A program made the position numbers and the translations under genes. The notes under the pieces were generated by a model. It did not search any database. It was not told where the DNA came from and saw nothing but the letters and a program-made list of their open reading frames with translations. From NCBI GenBank assembly GCA_050250895.1, contig JBFWNU010000003.1, positions 523,302 through 587,301 on the forward strand: 64,000 nt of DNA. The letters run 5' to 3'. Source of the DNA: Vulcanimicrobiota bacterium (GTDB taxonomy: Bacteria; Vulcanimicrobiota; Xenobia; Xenobiales; JADMJV01). Positions 26,704 through 35,948 of the stretch are shown here, piece after piece (position 1 is the first letter of the stretch; each line of letters starts with the position of its first letter).

Positions 26704-27752
26704 GGCTCTTTCGTTCTCAGCTGCGCTGCCCACCGGCCCTGGTGGGACTACTGACCCGTCAACTCGCCGCTCTGGTCGAGGGCGGTGTGCCTCTGGCTCG
26801 GGCCCTTGACTCGCTGGCCGAATATGCCGAGGACAACGACCTGCGTCAGGCCCTGGAAGAGGTGCTCATCAAGGTCGAGCAAGGCCACGCTTTTAGCCGC
26901 TCTCTGGCGGACTTTCCCGGAGTCTTTCCGTCCACTTACGTGGCCATGGTTTCGGCCGGCGAACAGACCGGGCAGCTCAATCAGGTCCTCGACAATCTGG
27001 CCACCTGGCTCGAGCGTGACGAGGCCGTCGCACGCCAGGTCCGCAAAGCGATGGTCTATCCCAGCGTGGTTCTTTCGCTGGCAATCGGAATGCTGGCCGT
27101 GCTCTTCTGGACCATCATCCCGGGCATGCTCGAGACGGTCCAGAGTCTGGGCGGAGAATTGCCCCTTCCTACCATCCTTTTGGCCAAGTTCTCGGCCTGT
27201 CTCAACCAGCCGATTTTGCTGGTGATGGGTCCCCTTTCGCTGCTTCCGGTAATGGCCTACCTGCGCACGCCCGGTGGTAAAGCCGACCTCTACTTACGTC
27301 TGCGCGCCGTTCCGGGGCTGGGGCCTGTCCTGCTTTACGGCAGCGCCTCGCGCTACGCGGCTGCCCTGGGTATGTTGCTGGACTCGGGCAACAACTTGAT
27401 GTCGGCCACTCGCATCGCCGCCGAGGCCAGCGGAAATCCGATCCTTCGCGATGATTGCCGCCGATTGAGCGATGGCCTAGAGCAAGGCCAGACCCTGTCC
27501 GACCTGTGGGCCGGAAGGGTGCCCGACTACCCCTTGCCCCTGATTCACATGATGCGAGCCGGCGAAGAGGCTTCCGAGGTCGTGGCCGTCCTGCGCAAGA
27601 ACTCGGAGATGATGGCCGAGGAGGCGGGTTATCGCCTGGAACGCATGACGGCCATGCTCGAGCCGGCCCTGCTGGGGGCAGTGGCTGTGGTCATTGGGTT
27701 CATCGTCGTGGCCCTGTTGATGCCCCTGGCGAACGTGGTCGGGAACCTTTGA
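26700..27752 (+). CDS. Type II secretion system F / PilC family platform protein (second paralog)
   Basis: TRQLAALVEGGVPLARAL, FPGVFP..YVAMVSAGEQTGQL, KAMVYP, AGEE, MLEP. Confidence 0.93.
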   Translation: MRLFRSQLRCPPALVGLLTRQLAALVEGGVPLARALDSLAEYAEDNDLRQALEEVLIKVEQGHAFSRSLADFPGVFPSTYVAMVSAGEQTGQLNQVLDNLATWLERDEAVARQVRKAMVYPSVVLSLAIGMLAVLFWTIIPGMLETVQSLGGELPLPTILLAKFSACLNQPILLVMGPLSLLPVMAYLRTPGGKADLYLRLRAVPGLGPVLLYGSASRYAAALGMLLDSGNNLMSATRIAAEASGNPILRDDCRRLSDGLEQGQTLSDLWAGRVPDYPLPLIHMMRAGEEASEVVAVLRKNSEMMAEEAGYRLERMTAMLEPALLGAVAVVIGFIVVALLMPLANVVGNL

Positions 27753-28614
27753 GCCGGCGCGGTAGGGACACCTGACCGGCATCCAGGTCGGCACTGCTGC
27801 CGTCCAGGCTGGTCGTGACCGGTTCATAGCCGGGCACCTGCACAAACAGCTCGACGTTGGGGCTCGCGGCGGTGCGCACGCTCACCGAAAAGTCGCCGTC
27901 ACCCCCGGTCGTGATGTCGGTCCGTTCCGCCGCCACCTTCTTCTTGCTCGAGATCAGCACGAAGCGTCCAGCCTCGATAGCGCTAGCCGGCACCGGAGCG
28001 CCGTCGTCACTTGTCAGGCGCCCTCGCAGACGAACACTCGGCGCGCTTTTGACCTCTCGAACTTGAGGTTTCGGTTGATAGACCGCTCCGTAGAGGACGG
28101 CCAGAGCGAGAATGATGGCCGGTGCCATCAGGCTTCGGGTCAGGCCGCCCCTGGTGCTCGCCGGCTGGGTCACCAGATCCCCAGCCCAATCCAGCTTCTC
28201 TAGCTTCTCGGTCAACCTGGCCGCGTAGCCCTCGACCCGATTCAGGCTGGAGTAGGAGAAGGTGCCGGGCGCGTGGTCGATGGCACAAAGCAAACCGATG
28301 GTCTCGCCCTGGGAGCGTAAAGGGACGCAAAGGGCCGACCGAAAGCCGGTCTCGACCCCTTTGAATTTGTCCTTGGTGGCGTCGAGCACCAGCACGCCCT
28401 TGCTTGCTTCCTCGACCTCGGCCAGCAGGGGTCCCTCGGTGAGCAGTGCCATCTGCTCGGCCTCGACCCCGCGGGCTTTGCGGACCACCATCTCTCCCCC
28501 TCGCCCCTGCCGAAGCGAGACCACCGCCCCGGTGCAGCCAGGCAGTTTCAACAAGAACTCTCTGGCCTCGGATAACAGCCTGGCGACCGATGGACTCAAA
28601 CGCTGACCTCCCAC
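27700..28614 (-). CDS. GAF-domain membrane protein with extracytoplasmic beta-sandwich; start uncertain
   Basis: GVLVLDATKD...FRSALCVPLRSQGETIGLLC (GAF), TM segment APAIILALAVLYGAVY. Confidence 0.7.
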   Translation of the reverse strand: MGGQRLSPSVARLLSEAREFLLKLPGCTGAVVSLRQGRGGEMVVRKARGVEAEQMALLTEGPLLAEVEEASKGVLVLDATKDKFKGVETGFRSALCVPLRSQGETIGLLCAIDHAPGTFSYSSLNRVEGYAARLTEKLEKLDWAGDLVTQPASTRGGLTRSLMAPAIILALAVLYGAVYQPKPQVREVKSAPSVRLRGRLTSDDGAPVPASAIEAGRFVLISSKKKVAAERTDITTGGDGDFSVSVRTAASPNVELFVQVPGYEPVTTSLDGSSADLDAGQVSLPRRLKGSRPRSPGASTGPRR

Positions 28615-28754
28615 CTCCTATTTTCCATCCCACGGTGCCCCTTTCCTCGAGACAACCCCAAAGGGACCCGGCTGGACGCTCTATCTGCAGGCCCTTCAGC
28701 TAGAGGACTCGCCCCTGCTTCGCTGGGAGATCGAGCGGGTGCGACTCAAGCGTG

Positions 28755-28788
28755 AAAAGCAAAAAAGCCCCGGCGGCTAGCCGGGGCT
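28755..28788 (-). terminator. Intrinsic terminator of the 28803-29270 gene
   Basis: AGCCCCGGC-GGCTA-GCCGGGGCT stem-loop followed on the minus strand by TTTTTGCTTTT. Confidence 0.85.
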
Positions 28789-28802
28789 CTTCTCGAGGTT
28801 GT

Positions 28803-29270
28803 CTAAAAAAGATTGTTGAACTGGTTCTGGACGTGGTCTCCCACGATGCCGCCGGCGTTCTTCCAGCCGTCGACGTAGGCTCCGCCGGCTCCGCTGAGGT
28901 TGCCCTCGCCCAGGTTGGTGAGCACGTTGCCGGTGCTCGACAGGCCGTTGCCGGTCAGGCGTACGCCGGTGCGAATGGGCTCGCCGATCAGGCCTACGCC
29001 ACCGCGGACTGCTTCGCCATATCCACCGGCCGCGTCTTTGACGTTGCCAATCTGTTCTTGGTAGTAGCCGGTGACATTGCCGACTTGCTCTTTGAAGCCG
29101 TTGCCAGCGGCGGCGGCGGCGCCTTTGAGGTCGCCGTCGGCCAGTTCGCCCAGCACGTTACCGCCGGTTTTGAGCCCGGTGCCGACCATCTGTACAGCCG
29201 TGCGAGCGGGAGCGGTGACGAATTCGAAAGCGTTCTTGCCTACGTTAGCTAGTCCGGAGAAGAGTCCCAT
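28803..29270 (-). CDS. Gly-rich small protein made of two ~65-aa internal repeats
   Basis: GAGG Shine-Dalgarno, AT-rich upstream region, strong terminator; P.RT.V...G.GL...GNVL..L..G.L.GA repeated twice. Confidence 0.8.
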   Translation of the reverse strand: MGLFSGLANVGKNAFEFVTAPARTAVQMVGTGLKTGGNVLGELADGDLKGAAAAAGNGFKEQVGNVTGYYQEQIGNVKDAAGGYGEAVRGGVGLIGEPIRTGVRLTGNGLSSTGNVLTNLGEGNLSGAGGAYVDGWKNAGGIVGDHVQNQFNNLF

Positions 29271-29365
29271 TGGTTAAAACCTCGTTTCTTTTTCTACAAA
29301 CTAACCTACCGAGCTTTCAGCTTTAGTTAAGGGTTGGTTTGTAAACAACGTGTTTCTTTTGTTGA

Positions 29366-29938
29366 CTATTCGTGTCTTCCGGGATGTTTCTCCAAGATTT
29401 CTTCAAGCTGTTTCTGACGCTCGTCCATTAACTCAAGTCCCAGGCAGATATGGTTGTTTCCGTCCTGCAGTGCTTGGCAGGCCTCCACGAACGGCTCCTC
29501 GGTCTCGGCCTCTTCCAGCGCCAGGGTGAGGTTGTCCAGGCCCTGCCGATAGAGTCCTACGCCCTTCTTCAGTAAATACGAGACCTGGGTGTGGAAGTCA
29601 TCGGCCGGCAGACGCTGGGCTTCCTGGGCCAGCAGGCTCAACGAATCGGGTAGGGGACCCGCCTCGTAGGCGTCAAGCCGCGCTCGATGCGCCTCGATCT
29701 CGGCCATCACCGCCTCGGGGTCGACCCCGTCGTCGAGAAACAGTTCGACGACCTCGAACAGTGTCATCAGGTGGACGGTCTCGTAGTTGATCTGAGGAGC
29801 CAGATACTCTCGGCCCTCCTCGATAGCTACACTCTGATTGGGCACCCCCGTCGGTGCCAGGCGAAGCAAGCGGGCCTGGCACCCCGAACAGACCTTGGTG
29901 CCTTCCGGATTCTCATGGCCACAGCGAATACATTGCAT
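29366..29938 (-). CDS. Zinc-ribbon domain protein
   Basis: MQCIRCGHENPEGTKVCSGCQARL followed by a helical domain. Confidence 0.78.
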   Translation of the reverse strand: MQCIRCGHENPEGTKVCSGCQARLLRLAPTGVPNQSVAIEEGREYLAPQINYETVHLMTLFEVVELFLDDGVDPEAVMAEIEAHRARLDAYEAGPLPDSLSLLAQEAQRLPADDFHTQVSYLLKKGVGLYRQGLDNLTLALEEAETEEPFVEACQALQDGNNHICLGLELMDERQKQLEEILEKHPGRHE

Positions 29939-30070
29939 GGACCTGGCCTTCGACGACAGGCAGGAGGGGCGCCTGCTACGCGCACCCCAGTCTGGCTAGC
30001 GCGTCGGGTCGCGGTCACGACTTCCAGCTGGAAGGGCCCGTCCACGCAGCCTCCTCGAGGCGCCAGCGAG

Positions 30071-31957
30071 CTAGGTGGCCGAGACGTAGCGGCCGAGGAC
30101 GCGGAAGAAGGGGGCGATCTCTTTGAGCTTGTCGAGGGCCGCCTCGAGTTGCTCGGGCTCGTCAGGCACGCGCAGGTCGACATAGAACATATACTCCCAC
30201 GGCTTGCCGGGGATGGGGCGCGACTCGAGCTTCATCATGTTGATGCCGAACTCGGCGAAGATGGCCAGGCATTTGTGCAGGGCGCCGGGCTCGTGGGCCG
30301 TGTCGAAGACGATCGAGACCTTGTCGGCCTGCTGGTCGGGGGGAGCCTGGCGGCTCACGATGACGAAGCGGGTGAAGTTGCGCGGGTGAGATTCGATGCC
30401 TTCGGCCAGCAGCTTCATGCCCAGGCGCTCGGCTGCCTCGGTGGAGGCGATGGCGGCCGCGTCGACCAGCTGATTGTCGCGCACGTAGAGGGCGCTGCCA
30501 GCCGTGTCATACATGTTGACTACCTGCCATTCGTGGCTGCGGAGGAAGGCGTCACACTGAGCCGCCGCCTGGGGGTGCGAATAAACCCGGCGCACATCCT
30601 CGAGTTCGACGCCGGTGTTGGCCACCAGATTGTGCACGATGCGCACTTTCAGTTCGCCCACGATAGCCAGCTCGGAGTGCTCGAGCAGCAGATCATAGTT
30701 GATGTGGATGCTGCCGGTCAGTGAATTCTCGACCGGCACCATGCCGTAGCGACAGTGGCCGCTCGAGACGTTCTCGAACAGCTCTTGGAAGGTCTCGCAA
30801 CTGACCGTTTCGACCTCGGAGCCGAAGTGCTGGCGGACCGCCTTTTCACTGAAGCTGCCCGAGACACCTTGCAGGGCGACTCGGGTCTGAGCCGGAGCTT
30901 CGAAACTGGCTGCCTCGTGATAGCGGCGATGGCGACCCTCGAGCTGGCGGCCCACCACAGGGGCGATCACGGCCACATCGCGCAAGACCTTTTTCAGCTC
31001 TTCGGGATAGAGGCTCTGGGCGCCGTCAGAGAAGGCTTCGGGCGGGTTCTGGTGGCACTCGATCATGAGGCCGTCGGCGCCGGCAGCCACCGCGGCCAGG
31101 GCCATGGCCGGCACATAGGTGCGATTGCCGGTGCCGTGGCTGGGGTCGGCCACGATGGGCAGATGCGACAGCTTGCGCAACACCGGAATCGCTGAAAGAT
31201 CGAGGGTGTTGCGGGTGCTCGATTCGAACGTGCGAATGCCGCGCTCGCACAAGATGACGTGGGCTTTGCCCGGCCCCGAGAGAATGTACTCCGCCGACAT
31301 CAGCAGTTCTTCGATGGTGGCCGCCAGACCGCGCTTGAGCAGCACCGGCTTATCTTGCATGCCCACCTCTTTGAGCAGCTCGAAGTTCTGCATGTTGCGA
31401 GCGCCGATCTGGAGGATATCGGCATACCTGGTGATGACCTCGACCTGGCTGGGCGCCACCACCTCGGTGACCGTAGGCAGGCCGTAACGCTCGCCCGCCT
31501 CGGCCAGAATCTGCAGTCCTTCTTCGCCCATTCCCTGGAAGGAATAGGGGGAACTGCGAGGCTTGTAGGCGCCCCCGCGCAACACGCTGGCACCGGCTTC
31601 GTAGACCAATTTGGCAATCTCGAGCATCGGCTCGCGGCCCTCGACCGAGCAGGGGCCTGACATGACAATGACCTGGGGGCCACCGATCACCAGTCCGCTT
31701 TTGCCCAGGGGCACACGGGTCGTCTCGGGCACCGCCTCGCGCGAGGCGAGTTTGTAGGGGCGCGAAACCCGGATGACCTTGGAGACGCCGGGAAAGAGGC
31801 CCACTTCGCGGGGGTCGGGTAGTTCGGTGCCGATGACGGCCAGCACCGAGCGCTCGGCGCCCACGACCGAACGGGTCTGCAGGCCGCGACGTTGCAGTTT
31901 TTGTTCGATCCACTGAATCTGCTCGTCAGTGGCGGTGGGATGCAGGACGACGATCAC
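30071..31957 (-). CDS. aroF-pheA: Fusion of DAHP synthase (type I-beta, N-terminal ACT-like domain) and prephenate dehydratase + ACT
   Basis: GPCSVE, LRGGAYKPRSSPYSFQG, QIGARNMQNF, DPSHG; then ALQGVSGSFSE, PVENS, SHPQA..QC, NFTRF, PGAL, KLESRP. Confidence 0.93.
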   Translation of the reverse strand: MIVVLHPTATDEQIQWIEQKLQRRGLQTRSVVGAERSVLAVIGTELPDPREVGLFPGVSKVIRVSRPYKLASREAVPETTRVPLGKSGLVIGGPQVIVMSGPCSVEGREPMLEIAKLVYEAGASVLRGGAYKPRSSPYSFQGMGEEGLQILAEAGERYGLPTVTEVVAPSQVEVITRYADILQIGARNMQNFELLKEVGMQDKPVLLKRGLAATIEELLMSAEYILSGPGKAHVILCERGIRTFESSTRNTLDLSAIPVLRKLSHLPIVADPSHGTGNRTYVPAMALAAVAAGADGLMIECHQNPPEAFSDGAQSLYPEELKKVLRDVAVIAPVVGRQLEGRHRRYHEAASFEAPAQTRVALQGVSGSFSEKAVRQHFGSEVETVSCETFQELFENVSSGHCRYGMVPVENSLTGSIHINYDLLLEHSELAIVGELKVRIVHNLVANTGVELEDVRRVYSHPQAAAQCDAFLRSHEWQVVNMYDTAGSALYVRDNQLVDAAAIASTEAAERLGMKLLAEGIESHPRNFTRFVIVSRQAPPDQQADKVSIVFDTAHEPGALHKCLAIFAEFGINMMKLESRPIPGKPWEYMFYVDLRVPDEPEQLEAALDKLKEIAPFFRVLGRYVSAT

Positions 31958-32493
31958 GACTTGAAGGTCTTCACCAGCTCGCGCATTTTGTCATGCAGGG
32001 CCTCGATGGTCGAGTCGTTGTTGATGCGGTGCTCGTAGGTCCACTTCTCGGAGGCGCGGTCGGAAAGATGCTCGTTGACCGGGCCAAATCCCGGCCGTTC
32101 GATGCGCACCAGGATGCCACCGTGGCGCCGCACCAATCGGGCCTCGTTGGGGAAGCGCGTGTCGGTCACCACGGTGCGGTCGTCAAGCTTGCGCTCGGCC
32201 AGTTGCACCCACAGGTCGTGGCTTAGGATGTTGCGACCCACTTCAGTGCCCATGGCCTGAGACAGACGGCGCACCTCTTCGTTGGTCTTGACTGCCTCCC
32301 AGCCGCCGTCCCGCTCCATCATCTCGGACAGGCGGATGAAGCCCGCTTCTTCTTTGACATAAGGATCGAGCGCGATGATGGCATCGCGAATGGGGTCGGC
32401 GATGGCCACTCTCTTATAACCGAACTCTTCTACTAAAACCACGGCCGCCGTGTCTTTGCCGACACCGGCGTAACCACACAATCCGATAAGCAC
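31954..32493 (-). CDS. Phage-type deoxynucleoside monophosphate kinase
   Basis: IGLCGYAGVGKDT P-loop, ADPIR, RRLSQAMGTEVGR, VVTDTRFPNE; GTGA overlap with aroF-pheA. Confidence 0.82.
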   Translation of the reverse strand: MLIGLCGYAGVGKDTAAVVLVEEFGYKRVAIADPIRDAIIALDPYVKEEAGFIRLSEMMERDGGWEAVKTNEEVRRLSQAMGTEVGRNILSHDLWVQLAERKLDDRTVVTDTRFPNEARLVRRHGGILVRIERPGFGPVNEHLSDRASEKWTYEHRINNDSTIEALHDKMRELVKTFKS

Positions 32494-32593
32494 CGCTCAC
32501 CATTCAAGCCCGAGGCTGCTCCCCCTGCCCACGGCGTCTACTGTCTGCCGTCTCGGGGGAGGGTATTGAGGAGCCGCGCTCAATTACTCGATC

Positions 32594-34711
32594 GTGGCCC
32601 CCGAGAAACCGAAAAAGCGACGAAAATCCGGCTGTCTGAAAGTGCTCGGTTGCCTCTTCTGGCTGGCGCTTGTGGCCATGGTGGCGGCCGGGGTGGGAGC
32701 AGCCTTTCTCTATCAGAAGTACAGCCAGGGGTTGCCTTCAGTGGCGGGGCTCGAGAACTACAAGCCGGCCGAGACCACCCGCATTCTCTCCTCAGACGGC
32801 AAGGTGATCGCGACCCTGTTCAAAGAGAACCGGGTCTATCAGCCGTTGGACAAAATCTCTCCCCACGTGGTTAAAGCGTTGCTGGCCATCGAAGACTCGC
32901 GCTTCTACGACCACCCGGGAGTCGACCCGGTGGGGGTGGTGCGGGCCGTCTATGTCGCCACGACTTCGGGCCAGGTGCGTGAGGGTGCCAGCACCATCAC
33001 CATGCAGCTGGCTCGCAACCTCTTTCTCAACAACGATGCCACTGCCGAGCGCAAGATCCGAGAGATGTTGCTGGCCCTTCGCCTCGAGAAAGAGTACGAC
33101 AAGAACAAGATTCTCGAACTTTATCTCAACCAGGTCTATTTCGGAGCCGGCGCTTACGGCATCCACTCGGCCTCGCGACTCTACTTCAACAAAGGCTGCG
33201 AGAACCTGACCCCGGCCCAGGCGGCTCTGCTGGTGGGGCTGTTGCAGGCTCCCTCGAGCTTTTCTCCGCTGGTCGATGCCAAAGCCGCCCGGGCCCGCCA
33301 GGGTCAGGTGCTCAACCGCATGCTGGGGCTGGGCTTTCTGACCAAGGAACAGTATGATCGGGCCGTGGAGCAGGCCGACGCCATGACCTTCAAAGAGGTC
33401 GAGCAGCGACGCTTCGAGGTGCTGAAGTATCCCTACTTCACCAGCTACGTCATCAAGGAGCTATCGGAGCGCTATCCTGAGGACACGCTTTATCGAGGCG
33501 GGCTCGAGATCACCACCACCCTCGACCGCGAACTGCAGGGCCGAGCCGAGGAGATCCTCGAGGCTCGGGTGCATGAGTTGGCCAACGTGCTCAACGTGGA
33601 TAACGGCGCCCTGGTCATGGTCGAGAACGAGAACGGTTACATCCGGGCCATGGTGGGCGGGGTGAATTGGAGCGAGAAGGACCAGTTCAACCGCGCCTGG
33701 CAGGCCCGGCGCCAGCCCGGCTCGTCGTTCAAAGCGGTGGTCTACTCCACGGCGCTCGAAGAGGGTTATACTCCCGACAGCGTGGTGGATGATTCGAAGA
33801 CCAGCTACAACGACGGTTGGGGCAAGGACTGGACTCCCAAGAATTCGGACGGTCGCTTCTTGGGTCGCATCACCCTGCGCCAGGCCTTGACCGGCTCGCG
33901 CAACGTGCCGGCCGTCAAGGTGTGTTCGCAGGTCGGGGTCGATCGGGTGGTCAGCATGGCCTATCGCATGGGCATTCGCGGCAAGATCTCGCCGAGTCTG
34001 TCCATCGCCCTGGGGGCGGTCGAGGCCACTCCGCTCGAGATGGTCGAGGTCTTTTCGATCTTGGCTAACAGCGGGGTCGACCGGCGGCCGACGGCGGTCA
34101 AGCTGGTCAAAGCTCCCAACGGGGTGGTGCTCGAGGATAACCGCAACCGCCTGGGCGACAACGTCATGAACTACAACTCGGCCCGCGGCATGATCTCGAT
34201 GCTGCGCGGGGTGGTCGAGCAGGGCACCGGGACCAACGCCCGCGTCTACGGTCACGCCATCGCCGGCAAGACGGGCACCACCGACAGCTATCGCGACGCC
34301 TGGTTCTGCGGTTTCTCGGCTTACTACACGCTGGCCGTGTGGGTGGGCAACGACGACAACACGCCCATGTGGCGCTCTTACGGCGGAGACCTGCCGGCTA
34401 CCATCTTTCGCGAACTGATGACCTATGCTCTTTCAGACAAGAAGCCCCGCGACTTTCCGGCCTATGAGGCTCCGCGCAAGAAGAGCAAAGATGTCTCGCC
34501 CCAGGTCCAGGTCACACCCACGCCAACGGTAGAGGAACGGCCGGAGGAAATCCCCGAGGAGCCGGTCGAAGAGTCGTTCGAGGAGCCGCCTCCGCCTCAG
34601 GAGGTCGACCTCGACGATCCCCGATGGACCGAGCCCGAAGCCGTTCCTGAGCCCACGCCCGGAGTCATCGAAAACTCCCCTTCGGAAGGTAACGATTGGT
34701 TTACTGAATGA
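32594..34711 (+). CDS. Class A penicillin-binding protein (PBP1A family)
   Basis: EDSRFYDH, GASTITMQ, RKIRE, ILELYLN (transglycosylase); GSSFK, SRN, GKTGT (transpeptidase); N-terminal TM. Confidence 0.95.
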   Translation: MAPEKPKKRRKSGCLKVLGCLFWLALVAMVAAGVGAAFLYQKYSQGLPSVAGLENYKPAETTRILSSDGKVIATLFKENRVYQPLDKISPHVVKALLAIEDSRFYDHPGVDPVGVVRAVYVATTSGQVREGASTITMQLARNLFLNNDATAERKIREMLLALRLEKEYDKNKILELYLNQVYFGAGAYGIHSASRLYFNKGCENLTPAQAALLVGLLQAPSSFSPLVDAKAARARQGQVLNRMLGLGFLTKEQYDRAVEQADAMTFKEVEQRRFEVLKYPYFTSYVIKELSERYPEDTLYRGGLEITTTLDRELQGRAEEILEARVHELANVLNVDNGALVMVENENGYIRAMVGGVNWSEKDQFNRAWQARRQPGSSFKAVVYSTALEEGYTPDSVVDDSKTSYNDGWGKDWTPKNSDGRFLGRITLRQALTGSRNVPAVKVCSQVGVDRVVSMAYRMGIRGKISPSLSIALGAVEATPLEMVEVFSILANSGVDRRPTAVKLVKAPNGVVLEDNRNRLGDNVMNYNSARGMISMLRGVVEQGTGTNARVYGHAIAGKTGTTDSYRDAWFCGFSAYYTLAVWVGNDDNTPMWRSYGGDLPATIFRELMTYALSDKKPRDFPAYEAPRKKSKDVSPQVQVTPTPTVEERPEEIPEEPVEESFEEPPPPQEVDLDDPRWTEPEAVPEPTPGVIENSPSEGNDWFTE

Positions 34712-35781
34712 GCCGAGCCGAGATTCGGGAAAAGGTGGAACTGGCCCCCATGACCACTTTGGGGGTAGGTGGGGCGGCCGACTACTTTACCGAGGTTCGC
34801 AGCCCGACCGAGCTGCTCGAGGCCATGCACTGGGCCAAGCACAAGAGCCAGCCGGTCTATCTGATTGGGGGCGGCAGCAATCTGCTGGTGTCGGATGCCG
34901 GCTTCTCGGGACTAGTAGTCCGCTATGGCGACGACCGGATCGAGCGCCTCGAGGTCGATGGCGACCGGGTCTGGCTGCGGGTGGGAGCGGGCCGCAACTG
35001 GGATGAACTGGTGGCTCAAACCGTCGCCTGGAATCTGGCCGGGATCGAGTGCCTGAGCGGCATTCCCGGGATGGTGGGAGCGGCCCCCATTCAGAACATC
35101 GGCGCCTACGGCCAGGAGGTGGCCGACGTGATCGAGTCGGTCGAGGTGATCGAGCGCTCGACCGGCGAGCTGCACCTGATCAGCAATCGGCATTGTGGCT
35201 TCGGCTATCGCGACAGCCACTTCAAAGGCAAGTGGAACGGGCTGTATGTGGTGGTGGCCGTGCACCTCAAGCTAACCGAAGGGGGCTCGCCCACCATCCG
35301 TTACGGTGATTTGACTCGCCGGCTTGGGCCGGGGCGGCCCACCCTGCAAGAGGTGCGCGACACCGTGCTCGAGGTGCGCCGCTCCAAGTCGATGGTCTAT
35401 GATACCAGCGATCCCAACCACCGCAGCGCCGGCTCGTTCTTTACCAATCCGATCGTCGAGGAATCGCTGGCGGATTTGGTCGACGCGCGCTTCGCCGAGG
35501 ACTCGATGCCACGCTATCCCGCCGAAGGAGGGGTCAAGCTTTCGGCCGCGTGGCTGATCGAGCGAGCGGGCTTCGAAAAGGGCTTCGTGTTGGGCGAGGC
35601 GGGCTTGTCCACCAACCACGTATTGGCTCTGATCAACCGCGGCGAGGCCACCGCCGAAGACCTGTTGAACCTGGCCAAACTGGTGCGCCGCCAGGTGCGC
35701 GAGCGCACCGGAGTGACCCTGGTGCCCGAGCCGAACCTGCTGGGCTTTGGGGCCGAGGCCTTCGAGCTACTGGGCCGTTAG
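34708..35781 (+). CDS. murB: UDP-N-acetylmuramate dehydrogenase
   Basis: TTLGVGGAA, GGGSNLL, GIPG.VGAAPIQNIGAYG, FGYRDSHFK, SAGSFFTNP, KLSAAWLIE. Confidence 0.96.
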   Translation: MSRAEIREKVELAPMTTLGVGGAADYFTEVRSPTELLEAMHWAKHKSQPVYLIGGGSNLLVSDAGFSGLVVRYGDDRIERLEVDGDRVWLRVGAGRNWDELVAQTVAWNLAGIECLSGIPGMVGAAPIQNIGAYGQEVADVIESVEVIERSTGELHLISNRHCGFGYRDSHFKGKWNGLYVVVAVHLKLTEGGSPTIRYGDLTRRLGPGRPTLQEVRDTVLEVRRSKSMVYDTSDPNHRSAGSFFTNPIVEESLADLVDARFAEDSMPRYPAEGGVKLSAAWLIERAGFEKGFVLGEAGLSTNHVLALINRGEATAEDLLNLAKLVRRQVRERTGVTLVPEPNLLGFGAEAFELLGR

Positions 35782-35785
35782 CTGC

Positions 35786-35948
35786 TCGGCGCTTCGCGCC
35801 GCGCCGCTGGGCCGACTCCTGATGAGCGTCGGCCCGGCCGCGGCTTGACGGGAACGACGAGAGCGTATGTTCAGGGGATTGGACTGAGGCGTCAGCGGCG
35901 CTCTCGTCGCTCCCTATCGGCGCTTCGCGCCGCGCCGCTGGGCCGACT
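35786..35948. repeat. 32-nt perfect direct repeat pair between convergent genes
   Basis: TCGGCGCTTCGCGCCGCGCCGCTGGGCCGACT at 35786-35817 and 35917-35948. Confidence 0.85.

Noticed and set aside
7986-32493. Prophage, suggested by the phage-type HD and dNMP kinase genes
   Set aside because: The genes are isolated among host genes, with no structural, terminase or integrase genes.
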